From positions 1 through 36,212 of the IMG/VR virus record IMGVR_UViG_3300016263_000666: a stretch of DNA of 36,212 nt; one strand, given 5' to 3'. Position 1 is the first letter of the stretch, and each line of letters begins with the position of its first letter. This stretch comes from a virus (taxonomy: Duplodnaviria > Caudoviricetes). Shown here one piece after another: positions 28,086 through 35,173 of the stretch. The notes beneath the pieces were generated by a model that worked only from the letters and a program-made list of their open reading frames with translations, was not told where the DNA came from and ran no database searches. The translations under genes and the position numbers were made by a program.

Positions 28086-28345
28086 TATATCTTCCCCTTC
28101 ACTCGAAGGTGTGTGTTCTCGTCTATTGCCACAAAAGGCACCTTGACGTATTTATCTTGAGCGTCTACGAATACGCAAACCTTTGTGCCGTTGCTCTCTT
28201 TGCCTATAGCTACAAAACCGTAGCCTTCGCAAATGATACCTGCCATTTCACCGTTGTTTAATCTGTCAAACTCTGTATCAAGGTTAAAGTGCCAAGGCAA
28301 CTCTGGATCGTACTTCATACAATACTGCTTGCTGAATTCTGCCAT
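28085..28345 (-). CDS. Hypothetical phage protein (MAEFSKQYC...ICEGYG)
   Basis: ORF in operon context. Confidence 0.75.
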   Translation of the reverse strand: MAEFSKQYCMKYDPELPWHFNLDTEFDRLNNGEMAGIICEGYGFVAIGKESNGTKVCVFVDAQDKYVKVPFVAIDENTHLRVKGKI

Positions 28346-28347
28346 GA

Positions 28348-28518
28348 TTATTTCTTTTTAGGAAATATAAACACAGACCAGATAATAGTAAAAATAAATA
28401 AGATTAGTGTAGCTGTTTTTATAAACTCATTACGAGATTCTAAACCAGGAATGAATACTAGCTGGCATAGTCCTACTGCTATCACAAATGACATCAAATA
28501 CTTAATTGCTGTTTTCAT
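28348..28518 (-). CDS. 56-aa two-TM membrane protein (MKTAIKYLMSFVIAVG...IFPKKK)
   Basis: Manual translation; fills the gap between neighbours; not in ORF track. Confidence 0.65.
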   Translation of the reverse strand: MKTAIKYLMSFVIAVGLCQLVFIPGLESRNEFIKTATLILFIFTIIWSVFIFPKKK

Positions 28519-28731
28519 TTAATCTCCTTTTAGTCCGTACTTTATCCACTTGTACCAAACTCTTTCGTGTAAGTAATATTGAATAGGTTTCCAGAGCAGT
28601 TCTACTGCACTGAATGCTGCACCTATCTTTACAGATCCTGTCACTAACCACATAGCTACAAAACCTATTCCTGTTGAAATGATTCTGTAGCTTATGGTTT
28701 TAGCTAGGTGTCTCTTTCTTTCTACCTTCAT
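28519..28731 (-). CDS. DUF2061-like membrane protein
   Basis: RHLAKTISYR...YYLHERVW...KYG. Confidence 0.85.
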   Translation of the reverse strand: MKVERKRHLAKTISYRIISTGIGFVAMWLVTGSVKIGAAFSAVELLWKPIQYYLHERVWYKWIKYGLKGD

Positions 28732-29071
28732 TGTCTATTTCTCCTTTTCTGATCTTTGTGCCACTGATCTCAGCTATCTCAGTTGGTGGCTCGTGATACA
28801 CAACATCATATCCAACACCACGGCCATAATTCACAGACTCAATGTCTGGAATAATAGATAGCAAGATTTTACTAGAGTTCTCTTTAAAGAAAGGTTGGCT
28901 AGCAAGATTCTCAAAAATCTCTCTTGCAGTTTTAGGATTGTTCTCGTCTTGTTGCACATCTCTTATTGCAACCCAAACGTCTTTACCCTTATCAAGTTGT
29001 TGACGAATCAACCACTCGTGTCCTTTGTGCCAGTTTTGCCAGCGTCCGATAAATAGTGCGTACTTTCTCAT
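28700..29071 (-). CDS. HIGH-family nucleotidyltransferase (start corrected to MRKYALF)
   Basis: GRWQNWHKGH and ISGTKIR. Confidence 0.85.
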   Translation of the reverse strand: MRKYALFIGRWQNWHKGHEWLIRQQLDKGKDVWVAIRDVQQDENNPKTAREIFENLASQPFFKENSSKILLSIIPDIESVNYGRGVGYDVVYHEPPTEIAEISGTKIRKGEIDNEGRKKETPS

Positions 29072-29517
29072 TTGTTTAATCCTAGTTGTTGAATGACTTC
29101 CCAAGTAGAGTGTAGATCAGATTTTCCTGATGTATCAATGTCTATGAAATCTTCTGTTGGTGGTTGATAATCTTTCACATGGAAATCGTTTCTGCCTCTA
29201 TCGTGATGTGTGTGAACATAAATCTCTTTTATGCTGTCTTTGCCGATCAACTGTTTGAATGTATCTCTCTGATCTTTGAAAGGAGAAACCAGCGATACAA
29301 TAGCTATACCACCTTTGCTGTGAACGAAGTGTGCAATATTCTGAGCGATCTCGATGTTCTTTCTTCTACCTGCTTCAGAGTAGTCCTTGTTCTTAAATAT
29401 CTCTCTGAGATCATCACCATCGATGAGAGTAGGATTGAAATCGCTAAGCTTCTTTGCTAGCAACTTTGCTATTGTTGTTTTACCTGCTGCAGGCTGTCCT
29501 GTGAACCAGTATATCAT
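29068..29517 (-). CDS. cysC: Adenylylsulfate kinase, compact form
   Basis: WFTGQPAAGKTT, IDGDDLR, YS..GR..NI, SLVSPF, YQPP. Confidence 0.88.
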   Translation of the reverse strand: MIYWFTGQPAAGKTTIAKLLAKKLSDFNPTLIDGDDLREIFKNKDYSEAGRRKNIEIAQNIAHFVHSKGGIAIVSLVSPFKDQRDTFKQLIGKDSIKEIYVHTHHDRGRNDFHVKDYQPPTEDFIDIDTSGKSDLHSTWEVIQQLGLNK

Positions 29518-29518
29518 A

Positions 29519-29917
29519 TTAATCTATTTTTTGCCACTTATGTTTATCATCTAATTTAAAACATCCTACAAATGTAGGTGAAGTTTTCCATTCAAGTGGA
29601 GATATTAAAGACAGAAAAAATTCTCCTTCCTCATCACAATAAAGATAGTAGGGATGATCTATTATCGGCTCAAAATTATATTTAGCTTTATAGAGCAACT
29701 CTGTCCACTTAAACTCAGCAACGAGCTGCTCGTATCTCTGCCTTATTTCATTATATTTAGCCTCAAAATAGTTGTTTGCTTTAGTAACTCCTGACTGCTT
29801 CCAACCTACTATGTCATCTGCTTTTATTACAGGCGCACCTAGATCAGAACCATAAGGGAGCTTACTTGCATACCAACCCTTTTGTTCATCCCAAACTATT
29901 ATGTCCGGTTTTTTCAT
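29519..29917 (-). CDS. DUF2452-like protein
   Basis: LPYG, LY.AKYNFEP....YYLY, FLSLISP.EW. Confidence 0.75.
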   Translation of the reverse strand: MKKPDIIVWDEQKGWYASKLPYGSDLGAPVIKADDIVGWKQSGVTKANNYFEAKYNEIRQRYEQLVAEFKWTELLYKAKYNFEPIIDHPYYLYCDEEGEFFLSLISPLEWKTSPTFVGCFKLDDKHKWQKID

Positions 29918-29947
29918 GCTTTAAAACGCCGCCGTTCCTCAACTATT

Positions 29948-30223
29948 TTACTTTTTAGTTGTTAATTTATTTTCTAATCTGTCGAGTCTAGAGTCCAGTT
30001 GGGAAAATACTTCCTTTTCCAGATCGTCTATCCTCCTGTGCAATGCGTTTTCTCCGCTGTTCATAGCTTGATAAACGTTTTGCTCTTTACTGTTTATTTG
30101 TCTTTCTAGTTCTTCTAAATATTTTGCTGTACTCAGCACCTTAACGAAAGCGTATGTAGCAACCGCCGCAACAGCGATGACCACCACAAATGCGATCCCT
30201 AAAACGAATGATAGTGTTTCCAT
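29948..30223 (-). CDS. TM plus coiled-coil protein (start corrected to METLSFVLG)
   Basis: Hydrophobic N-terminus, heptad-rich tail, GGAG upstream; the longer track start overlaps tRNA-Thr. Confidence 0.8.
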   Translation of the reverse strand: METLSFVLGIAFVVVIAVAAVATYAFVKVLSTAKYLEELERQINSKEQNVYQAMNSGENALHRRIDDLEKEVFSQLDSRLDRLENKLTTKK

Positions 30224-30239
30224 AGTTTGTTTTCTCCTA

Positions 30240-30253
30240 TATGTCAAAGAACG
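30240..30253 (-). promoter_or_regulatory. boxA-like element (GTTCTTTGACAT) within the 5' arm of an 18-bp stem
   Basis: Resembles rrn boxA TGCTCTTTAACA; lies immediately 3' of tRNA-Thr. Confidence 0.55.
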
Positions 30254-30261
30254 GCGACGTG

Positions 30262-30334
30262 AGCCCCGTGACGGATTCAAACCGCCGACCTACGCATTAC
30301 AAGTGCGCCGCTCTATCTGCTGAGCTAACAGGGC
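30262..30334 (-). tRNA. tRNA-Thr(TGT); CCA not encoded
   Basis: GCCCTGT-TA-GCTC-AGCAGATA-GAGC-G-GCGCA-CTTGTAA-TGCGT-AGGTC-GGCGG-TTTGAAT-CCGTC-ACGGGGC-T. Confidence 0.9.
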
Positions 30335-30336
30335 TT

Positions 30337-30737
30337 TGGTGGAGGCGGAGGGATTTGCACCCTCGTCTGGTTTAACTAAACCGCTCAATCATTCACAAGC
30401 TTAGTTCGAAATTTTCACACCGCTTCGAACTGACGGTGGTGTAGGTTCGACTTGGCCTACACGCCATACTGGGCTCCGATTTGGTCGGGATCCACCACTC
30501 TGTTTTACGACCACAGAGAAAACCTGTTCCCCTTCTTTTTAAACCGTCCCACGAGAGGTGCGGGACTAGACTATGCAGCTAGTGCGTAGTCGTACTCACC
30601 TACGAATGCCATAGCATCGTCGAAGGTGAAGGTAGAGATTTGCTCTCCGTTTGTTTGTCGATAGGGGATTTACGAGTTTCCATCTAACTCGGCTTGCATG
30701 AAACGCCTTACGCTACCCATCAATTCTAGTCGCCCCC
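30337..30737 (-). ncRNA. ssrA: tmRNA, one-piece; tag (A)GEQISTFTFDDAMAFVGEYDYALAA
   Basis: GGGGGCG/CGCCTCC-ACCA acceptor with G3:U70, T arm GAGGG-TGCAAAT-CCCTC, tag ORF 30648-30571. Confidence 0.93.
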
Positions 30738-30944
30738 ATATTGTTCTTCCAACTCAAGATCCATCAATTCCTCTTCAGTAGGATCAGTTAGTAGTAGGAA
30801 CCTGTTTCGGTTAAAACATTTGTAAGGAGTCGGAGGGTCTACTTCGAAGAGGAGGTAGTGTCCTTTATCTGTGACATCAGCCACATGGTAGATCTCTCCC
30901 TCTTCTAGTATTCCCTCGTGTCCTTTTACGCACATTACGCGCAT
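30726..30944 (-). CDS. Hypothetical protein
   Basis: ORF; its last 12 nt overlap the tmRNA 5' end. Confidence 0.7.
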   Translation of the reverse strand: MRVMCVKGHEGILEEGEIYHVADVTDKGHYLLFEVDPPTPYKCFNRNRFLLLTDPTEEELMDLELEEQYGGD

Positions 30945-30951
30945 ATGTAGA

Positions 30952-31116
30952 TTACTTAATGGTATCTACTGGTACTGTACCTTCTACTCCAGGATTAACA
31001 GATTGCACCACAACGGTATCAACTGCAACTGCAGTAGAGTCTGCTGCCTCTTCTTTTGCTACTGGCGTACAGCTAGTTGCCAGGGCTAGGATAGCCACGA
31101 TGAACAAATTTTTCAT
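30952..31116 (-). CDS. 54-aa lipoprotein (MKNLFIVAILALATSC-TPVAKEEAADSTAVAVDTV...DTIK)
   Basis: Manual translation; signal peptide ending in a lipobox Cys; not in ORF track. Confidence 0.8.
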   Translation of the reverse strand: MKNLFIVAILALATSCTPVAKEEAADSTAVAVDTVVVQSVNPGVEGTVPVDTIK

Positions 31117-31138
31117 AGTTATTGTTTGTTTATAATAT

Positions 31139-31169
31139 TAAATATAAGCTGATCGAGAACAGAATAAAA
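31139..31169 (-). promoter_or_regulatory. Putative promoter TTTTATT-N16-TATATTTA
   Basis: Same bipartite layout as at 1237 and 26234. Confidence 0.45.
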
Positions 31170-31187
31170 ATAAATCTTTTTAGTGAG

Positions 31188-31334
31188 CTATTTTTTATTA
31201 CTTTTTGTGAACATGATAAAAGCCTGACCTATGCGGTCTTCAAGATATGGGAGATTTGCTATCTCCTTTCTAATCTCTTCTAGTCTCTCCTCTTCAGACT
31301 TTTTAGGCTTCTTTGCTTTTGATGATGAGCTCAC
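31188..31334 (-). CDS. Possible 48-aa protein with GTG start (MSSSSKAKKPKKSEEERLEEIRKEI...)
   Basis: Manual translation; fills an otherwise empty gap; overlaps the upstream gene by 32 nt. Confidence 0.45.
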   Translation of the reverse strand: MSSSSKAKKPKKSEEERLEEIRKEIANLPYLEDRIGQAFIMFTKSNKK

Positions 31335-31647
31335 CTATTACTTCGATTTTACCTACTAATTTCTGGAAATTGCTTTGGGATATGTTCACATCCTCAGTGG
31401 CTTTTACAAGCCTGTCTAATAGCCTCTTGTACTCTCTCTTGCCCTGTTCTGGATCGAACTTGCCCTGCTTTGCTTTGTCATAGTAGGGAAGTTTGACAAT
31501 GAAGTGATCGTAGGTCAGTGTTGCCACTCCACCTTTTTCTTTTGCATTCTTGGCAATCTTCTCTGCTCCAGCTCTACGCTTAGTTGAGAAGTCTTCAAAT
31601 TCAGGTGAGTCCTCTTTTGCTTCTCTTAATAGATCTATTAGTTTCAT
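31303..31647 (-). CDS. Hypothetical protein (MKLIDLLRE start)
   Basis: ORF, ATGA overlap with upstream gene. Confidence 0.75.
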   Translation of the reverse strand: MKLIDLLREAKEDSPEFEDFSTKRRAGAEKIAKNAKEKGGVATLTYDHFIVKLPYYDKAKQGKFDPEQGKREYKRLLDRLVKATEDVNISQSNFQKLVGKIEVIGELIIKSKEA

Positions 31648-32297
31648 TTTATTAAGTCAGTAACTTTTGGTTTCTTCAATCTGATCTTCCAGTATATACC
31701 GCCACCTACAAAAGGTGCAACTGCTCCTCCATGATTGGCAAGTCCTAGGCTAGCTTGGTATATCATATCCTTTTTAGTCTTCCATATAATACCACCTGCC
31801 ACATTGTCGACAAAGTTTTCTTTGTTAAATCCTGAAGAGACGCCTATATAGACCTGGTTTACAGGCTTAGGATATATGGTTATAGTCTTGGTGATGATGG
31901 GTATTTTATAATCCCAGTTAATGCTTCTCTCGATGATTTGGTTTCGGGTTATAATGTCTGTTACCACGCCGTAGCCGAATGTGGCATTAGAATCAGGGTA
32001 GTTCAGTCTCAGCGTGTCTATCGTCTTGTATTTAGCAAAGTAGTCTTTAAGGATCTCTGTGGTATCAACAGGCAACTGCTTTTCTACTTCTACTTGCACT
32101 TCTACTTCTTCGATCTTAGTTCTCCATTTTGGCACATACTTAGGGACTTCTACCTTGACCTCTTTATAGACGGTGTCTATTTCGACTTTAACTCCTCCAG
32201 TGCCAGGATCTGATCCACACCCCCTAAATTGCAGTGCTATCACTATGCCTATAAGCACTATGATTAGAAGTGTTCTTAAATCCTTAATGTAGCTCAT
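31644..32297 (-). CDS. Membrane-anchored exported protein, spanin candidate
   Basis: N-terminal TM followed by RGC; DTV/DTT/DTL motifs; C-terminal amphipathic beta strands; lysis-region context. Confidence 0.6.
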   Translation of the reverse strand: MSYIKDLRTLLIIVLIGIVIALQFRGCGSDPGTGGVKVEIDTVYKEVKVEVPKYVPKWRTKIEEVEVQVEVEKQLPVDTTEILKDYFAKYKTIDTLRLNYPDSNATFGYGVVTDIITRNQIIERSINWDYKIPIITKTITIYPKPVNQVYIGVSSGFNKENFVDNVAGGIIWKTKKDMIYQASLGLANHGGAVAPFVGGGIYWKIRLKKPKVTDLIK

Positions 32298-32301
32298 ACC
32301 T

Positions 32302-32397
32302 TTATAAATATCTCTTTTTTCTCATATCTCTAATGAATAGGATCCAACCTATAGCAGGAAGAATAAAAAAGAGTGCTAACACAACCTGTTCTACCAT
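32302..32397 (-). CDS. 31-aa membrane microprotein (MVEQVVLALFFILPAIGWILFIRDMRKKRYL)
   Basis: Manual translation; starts right after the upstream stop; TM plus basic tail. Confidence 0.55.
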   Translation of the reverse strand: MVEQVVLALFFILPAIGWILFIRDMRKKRYL

Positions 32398-32679
32398 TTA
32401 TTTTATTTTGAGCAGTTCTTCTCTGATCTTTCGGATCTGTGTATCGTGGTACTGTAAAGTTCTTTTGATTTGATCGTCCTGGGTTTTAACTTGTATCTCA
32501 AGCAGACTGTCCTTCTTTCTTAAATATCTCTGCTCCTCTAGAATGAGTGAATCAAAGTACATGTCCTTCTTCACTACCTGAACCTCTTCGGTCCTAAGGT
32601 AATAATCGAACATGAAACCTACAAACACAAGCACGGCTATAGTGCCAACGGCAACCATTATTGCCTCTCTGATTTTCAT
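32398..32679 (-). CDS. Single-TM coiled-coil protein (i-spanin-like topology)
   Basis: N-terminal TM, charged helical tail. Confidence 0.65.
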   Translation of the reverse strand: MKIREAIMVAVGTIAVLVFVGFMFDYYLRTEEVQVVKKDMYFDSLILEEQRYLRKKDSLLEIQVKTQDDQIKRTLQYHDTQIRKIREELLKIK

Positions 32680-32942
32680 TTCTCTCTAGTTAAATCTTTA
32701 ATGCGTTGTTCCAAAGATTGATTTTTTGCCTCAAGATCCTTCAACATCTGATTAGTATCGTCGTCTCCGGTGATCTTCTTGATTGATCCAGCCATTGCTC
32801 CAAAGAGCACTGACACAAATGCGATTAGGAGTTCTCTGTTGCTTGCTGGCATTTCTGTGCTCATAAGCATAAAGAATATGCTAATGGCAATTGCCAACAC
32901 AAGAAGAGAACCTAAAAAGTTAGTTACGTTTCTTGATCCCAT
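32676..32942 (-). CDS. Two-TM protein with coiled-coil tail (holin-like)
   Basis: Two hydrophobic segments; follows the putative endolysin. Confidence 0.65.
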   Translation of the reverse strand: MGSRNVTNFLGSLLVLAIAISIFFMLMSTEMPASNRELLIAFVSVLFGAMAGSIKKITGDDDTNQMLKDLEAKNQSLEQRIKDLTREK

Positions 32943-32943
32943 G

Positions 32944-33525
32944 TTATACTATATCTTTACTTTCAATTAGTGTGTAGGTAAAAGCCTTTTGACCGGAGTT
33001 GCGAGCCAATTCCATAAAGGCTTCGAAGTGTGCTGCGGTTTTAAATACCTGACATCCTTCCGACCAATTCTCCACAAGAGTGCTATCCACACCAGCTTTG
33101 TGAATGTTGATTCCAAATACCCCCTCTTGAATCTTCGTTTCGTCATAAACTAAATCTTTATTTGCATCTCTAAATACTTTTACTGGTTTGAACTGCTTCA
33201 GTGCTTCGTACTTACCTTGGTGTAAACCCAGGGCATGCGAATCGATGTACTGACCTGGCACCATTCTTGCCACACCTGCAGCATTGTGATACTCTAACAC
33301 GCCTTTACGACCTGGATCTGTGGTGGCCATCCACTCATAGAACTTCCACACACCTGCATCAAGTCTTGATACTGTGATGTGATCGTCAAATGCATTGGTC
33401 ACTGTCTGACCGGTTGCAGAATTACGAACACCTACAATGTTCAACTGATTTTCGAACCACTTGTAACCTTTTGCCTTAACAGCTTTTTCAATTTTGTCTT
33501 TTGAGTACTTAAATGTTTGTGACAT
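32944..33525 (-). CDS. Putative endolysin with L,D-transpeptidase-like (YkuD) His/Cys motif
   Basis: NIVGVR, FDD, TTDPG, GINIH-X12-SEGCQV; flanked by membrane-protein genes. Confidence 0.7.
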   Translation of the reverse strand: MSQTFKYSKDKIEKAVKAKGYKWFENQLNIVGVRNSATGQTVTNAFDDHITVSRLDAGVWKFYEWMATTDPGRKGVLEYHNAAGVARMVPGQYIDSHALGLHQGKYEALKQFKPVKVFRDANKDLVYDETKIQEGVFGINIHKAGVDSTLVENWSEGCQVFKTAAHFEAFMELARNSGQKAFTYTLIESKDIV

Positions 33526-33559
33526 GGTTTTAGATTTAATTGTTAACGATTTAACAACC

Positions 33560-33838
33560 TTACTTCTTTACGAAGTACTTCCAGTGAAACCATGCGGCCC
33601 AAGTGAATAACAAACCCACTCCCACATTTAATATAACTTCAGTTGCATGCGGTGTAGAAAAAGTAAGTACATTTAACAGTGATCCTGCAGCTAACATAGA
33701 AAGAGCTATTCTCAAAAAGTATTGCTCCCAAGTTGGCATGCTCTCTATCACATGACTTCTTCTACCAAAAACTCCAATAATAAAGAAGGTGACAGATATC
33801 ATCACCATGACGTTAGCTATGAGATTAATTGTTATCAT
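33560..33838 (-). CDS. Three-TM membrane protein (holin-associated)
   Basis: Three hydrophobic segments, basic C-terminus. Confidence 0.7.
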   Translation of the reverse strand: MITINLIANVMVMISVTFFIIGVFGRRSHVIESMPTWEQYFLRIALSMLAAGSLLNVLTFSTPHATEVILNVGVGLLFTWAAWFHWKYFVKK

Positions 33839-34121
33839 GACTTACGTTTTTAAAAAGCTTGTTACTGACGACCTCAACACCTTTGAGGCCCATAAAACCA
33901 ATTAGGAAAGCTATAGAGAGGACATAGTCTGAATCTCCTAACTTTAATATATCCACTACAATTGGAGTCAGGTAGTTGGCAGCTGCTACACCTGCTATGA
34001 TAGAGGTGAATGTCGTTCTCAAATCGAAGGCTGATGCCTTGCCGATCATCAGAAGACTGCCGAAAAAACCTGCCACAGAAAGGCCTATGTGGATGCCTAC
34101 ACTCTCGAGGAATTCTTTCAT
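33825..34121 (-). CDS. Putative holin (three TM)
   Basis: AGFFGS, G...ANYLTP, AFLIGFMG pattern. Confidence 0.7.
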   Translation of the reverse strand: MKEFLESVGIHIGLSVAGFFGSLLMIGKASAFDLRTTFTSIIAGVAAANYLTPIVVDILKLGDSDYVLSIAFLIGFMGLKGVEVVSNKLFKNVSHDNN

Positions 34122-34375
34122 TACTCAGCTCCTCCGTCTTTACCCTTTCTAGCATTGATAAACTTGTCAATTGACCCGATACCGAAAGCGCCAAGGGTAA
34201 TAACCATGAATCCATCAAATATGAATTCGTTAATGAGTAACTCTTGGCCCATCCAACCTGTGATCAGGTCTACAAGCAGAGCTACTACCATACACACAAA
34301 TGCGATAAAACCAACGAAAGATTTCTCGTTGATTTGATTATCGTCACTAAAAAGATCCTTAAAGAATTGCTTCAT
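34121..34375 (-). CDS. Two-TM holin-like protein
   Basis: Two TMs, INEKS.VG, charged C-terminus. Confidence 0.65.
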   Translation of the reverse strand: MKQFFKDLFSDDNQINEKSFVGFIAFVCMVVALLVDLITGWMGQELLINEFIFDGFMVITLGAFGIGSIDKFINARKGKDGGAE

Positions 34376-34437
34376 GGTTTAAAAGGGTTAAGTTTAAGCA
34401 AAACCCTTCTATAACCAGAAATAAATATCTAGTGAGA

Positions 34438-34695
34438 TTATTTAAAGGTATTAAACGCGTTAATTAATTGCTCTCTTTGTGCTACACCAGTATGTCTCCA
34501 CTGGACACCACCAGCCGCATCCAGAATGATCAAGGTTGGTATTGATTTAATATCATACCTCTGAGATAAAGCCGCGTCATAATCCACGTTAATGTAGTTT
34601 ACATTGACACCCATTTCTTGAGATACCTGTTGAAGAATAGGCTTGAACATCTTACAGGGTCCACACCAGTCGGCTGAGAAATATAAAACTTGCAT
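34438..34695 (-). CDS. trxA: Thioredoxin
   Basis: FSADWCGPCK, INVD, SIPTL. Confidence 0.95.
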   Translation of the reverse strand: MQVLYFSADWCGPCKMFKPILQQVSQEMGVNVNYINVDYDAALSQRYDIKSIPTLIILDAAGGVQWRHTGVAQREQLINAFNTFK

Positions 34696-34714
34696 ATCTT
34701 TTTATTTATAAATA

Positions 34715-35173
34715 TTATAGCTTGATTAGTTTAGCACTTTTTTTAGTATGAAGTACATGTCTGGGCTGACCAGACTTAGTCAGGCCTATTGCATAAGCTT
34801 TAGCCTTGATCTTTGGCATCACGGCTTCTACCCTCTTCTTCTCACCAGCATTTCCCCAAATACAAAGAATCTTCTCGCACTTCATACTCATGAGTTTTAT
34901 CCAGACGTCATTGTAAATGCTAACAGGGTTCTTCACCTTCTTTAGTTGCTTAGGATCTGGGGATATGTAGCTATAGAGATTGGTTATGAATAGGGAATCA
35001 AAACCTTCTCGCTCAGCTATCTGCATGAGAATAGTCACAGTCGCATTCTTGCCCTTTTTGAAAAGAGAAGGATTTAACCCTACCACACCCATAGGTTTGT
35101 TTATTCCAGACTTATGAAAAAGGCTTGCGTATTGGTGGTCGTCGTCACCTATTTTAATCTTTGTCAGCTCCAT
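34715..35173 (-). CDS. DUF1643-like protein
   Basis: GLNPS, NLYS...P.PK.L, WG..G, GLTK.GQPRH.L. Confidence 0.8.
   Translation of the reverse strand: MELTKIKIGDDDHQYASLFHKSGINKPMGVVGLNPSLFKKGKNATVTILMQIAEREGFDSLFITNLYSYISPDPKQLKKVKNPVSIYNDVWIKLMSMKCEKILCIWGNAGEKKRVEAVMPKIKAKAYAIGLTKSGQPRHVLHTKKSAKLIKL

Noticed and set aside
8748-30280. Longest-ORF starts at 9770, 21233, 21768, 26087, 29104 and 30280
   Set aside because: The extensions overlap upstream genes or a tRNA; downstream ATGs give normal translational coupling
33540-33557. TTGTTAA-N4-TTAACAA hairpin before the putative endolysin
   Set aside because: Short, AT-rich stem with no U tract; too weak to call as a terminator or regulatory element
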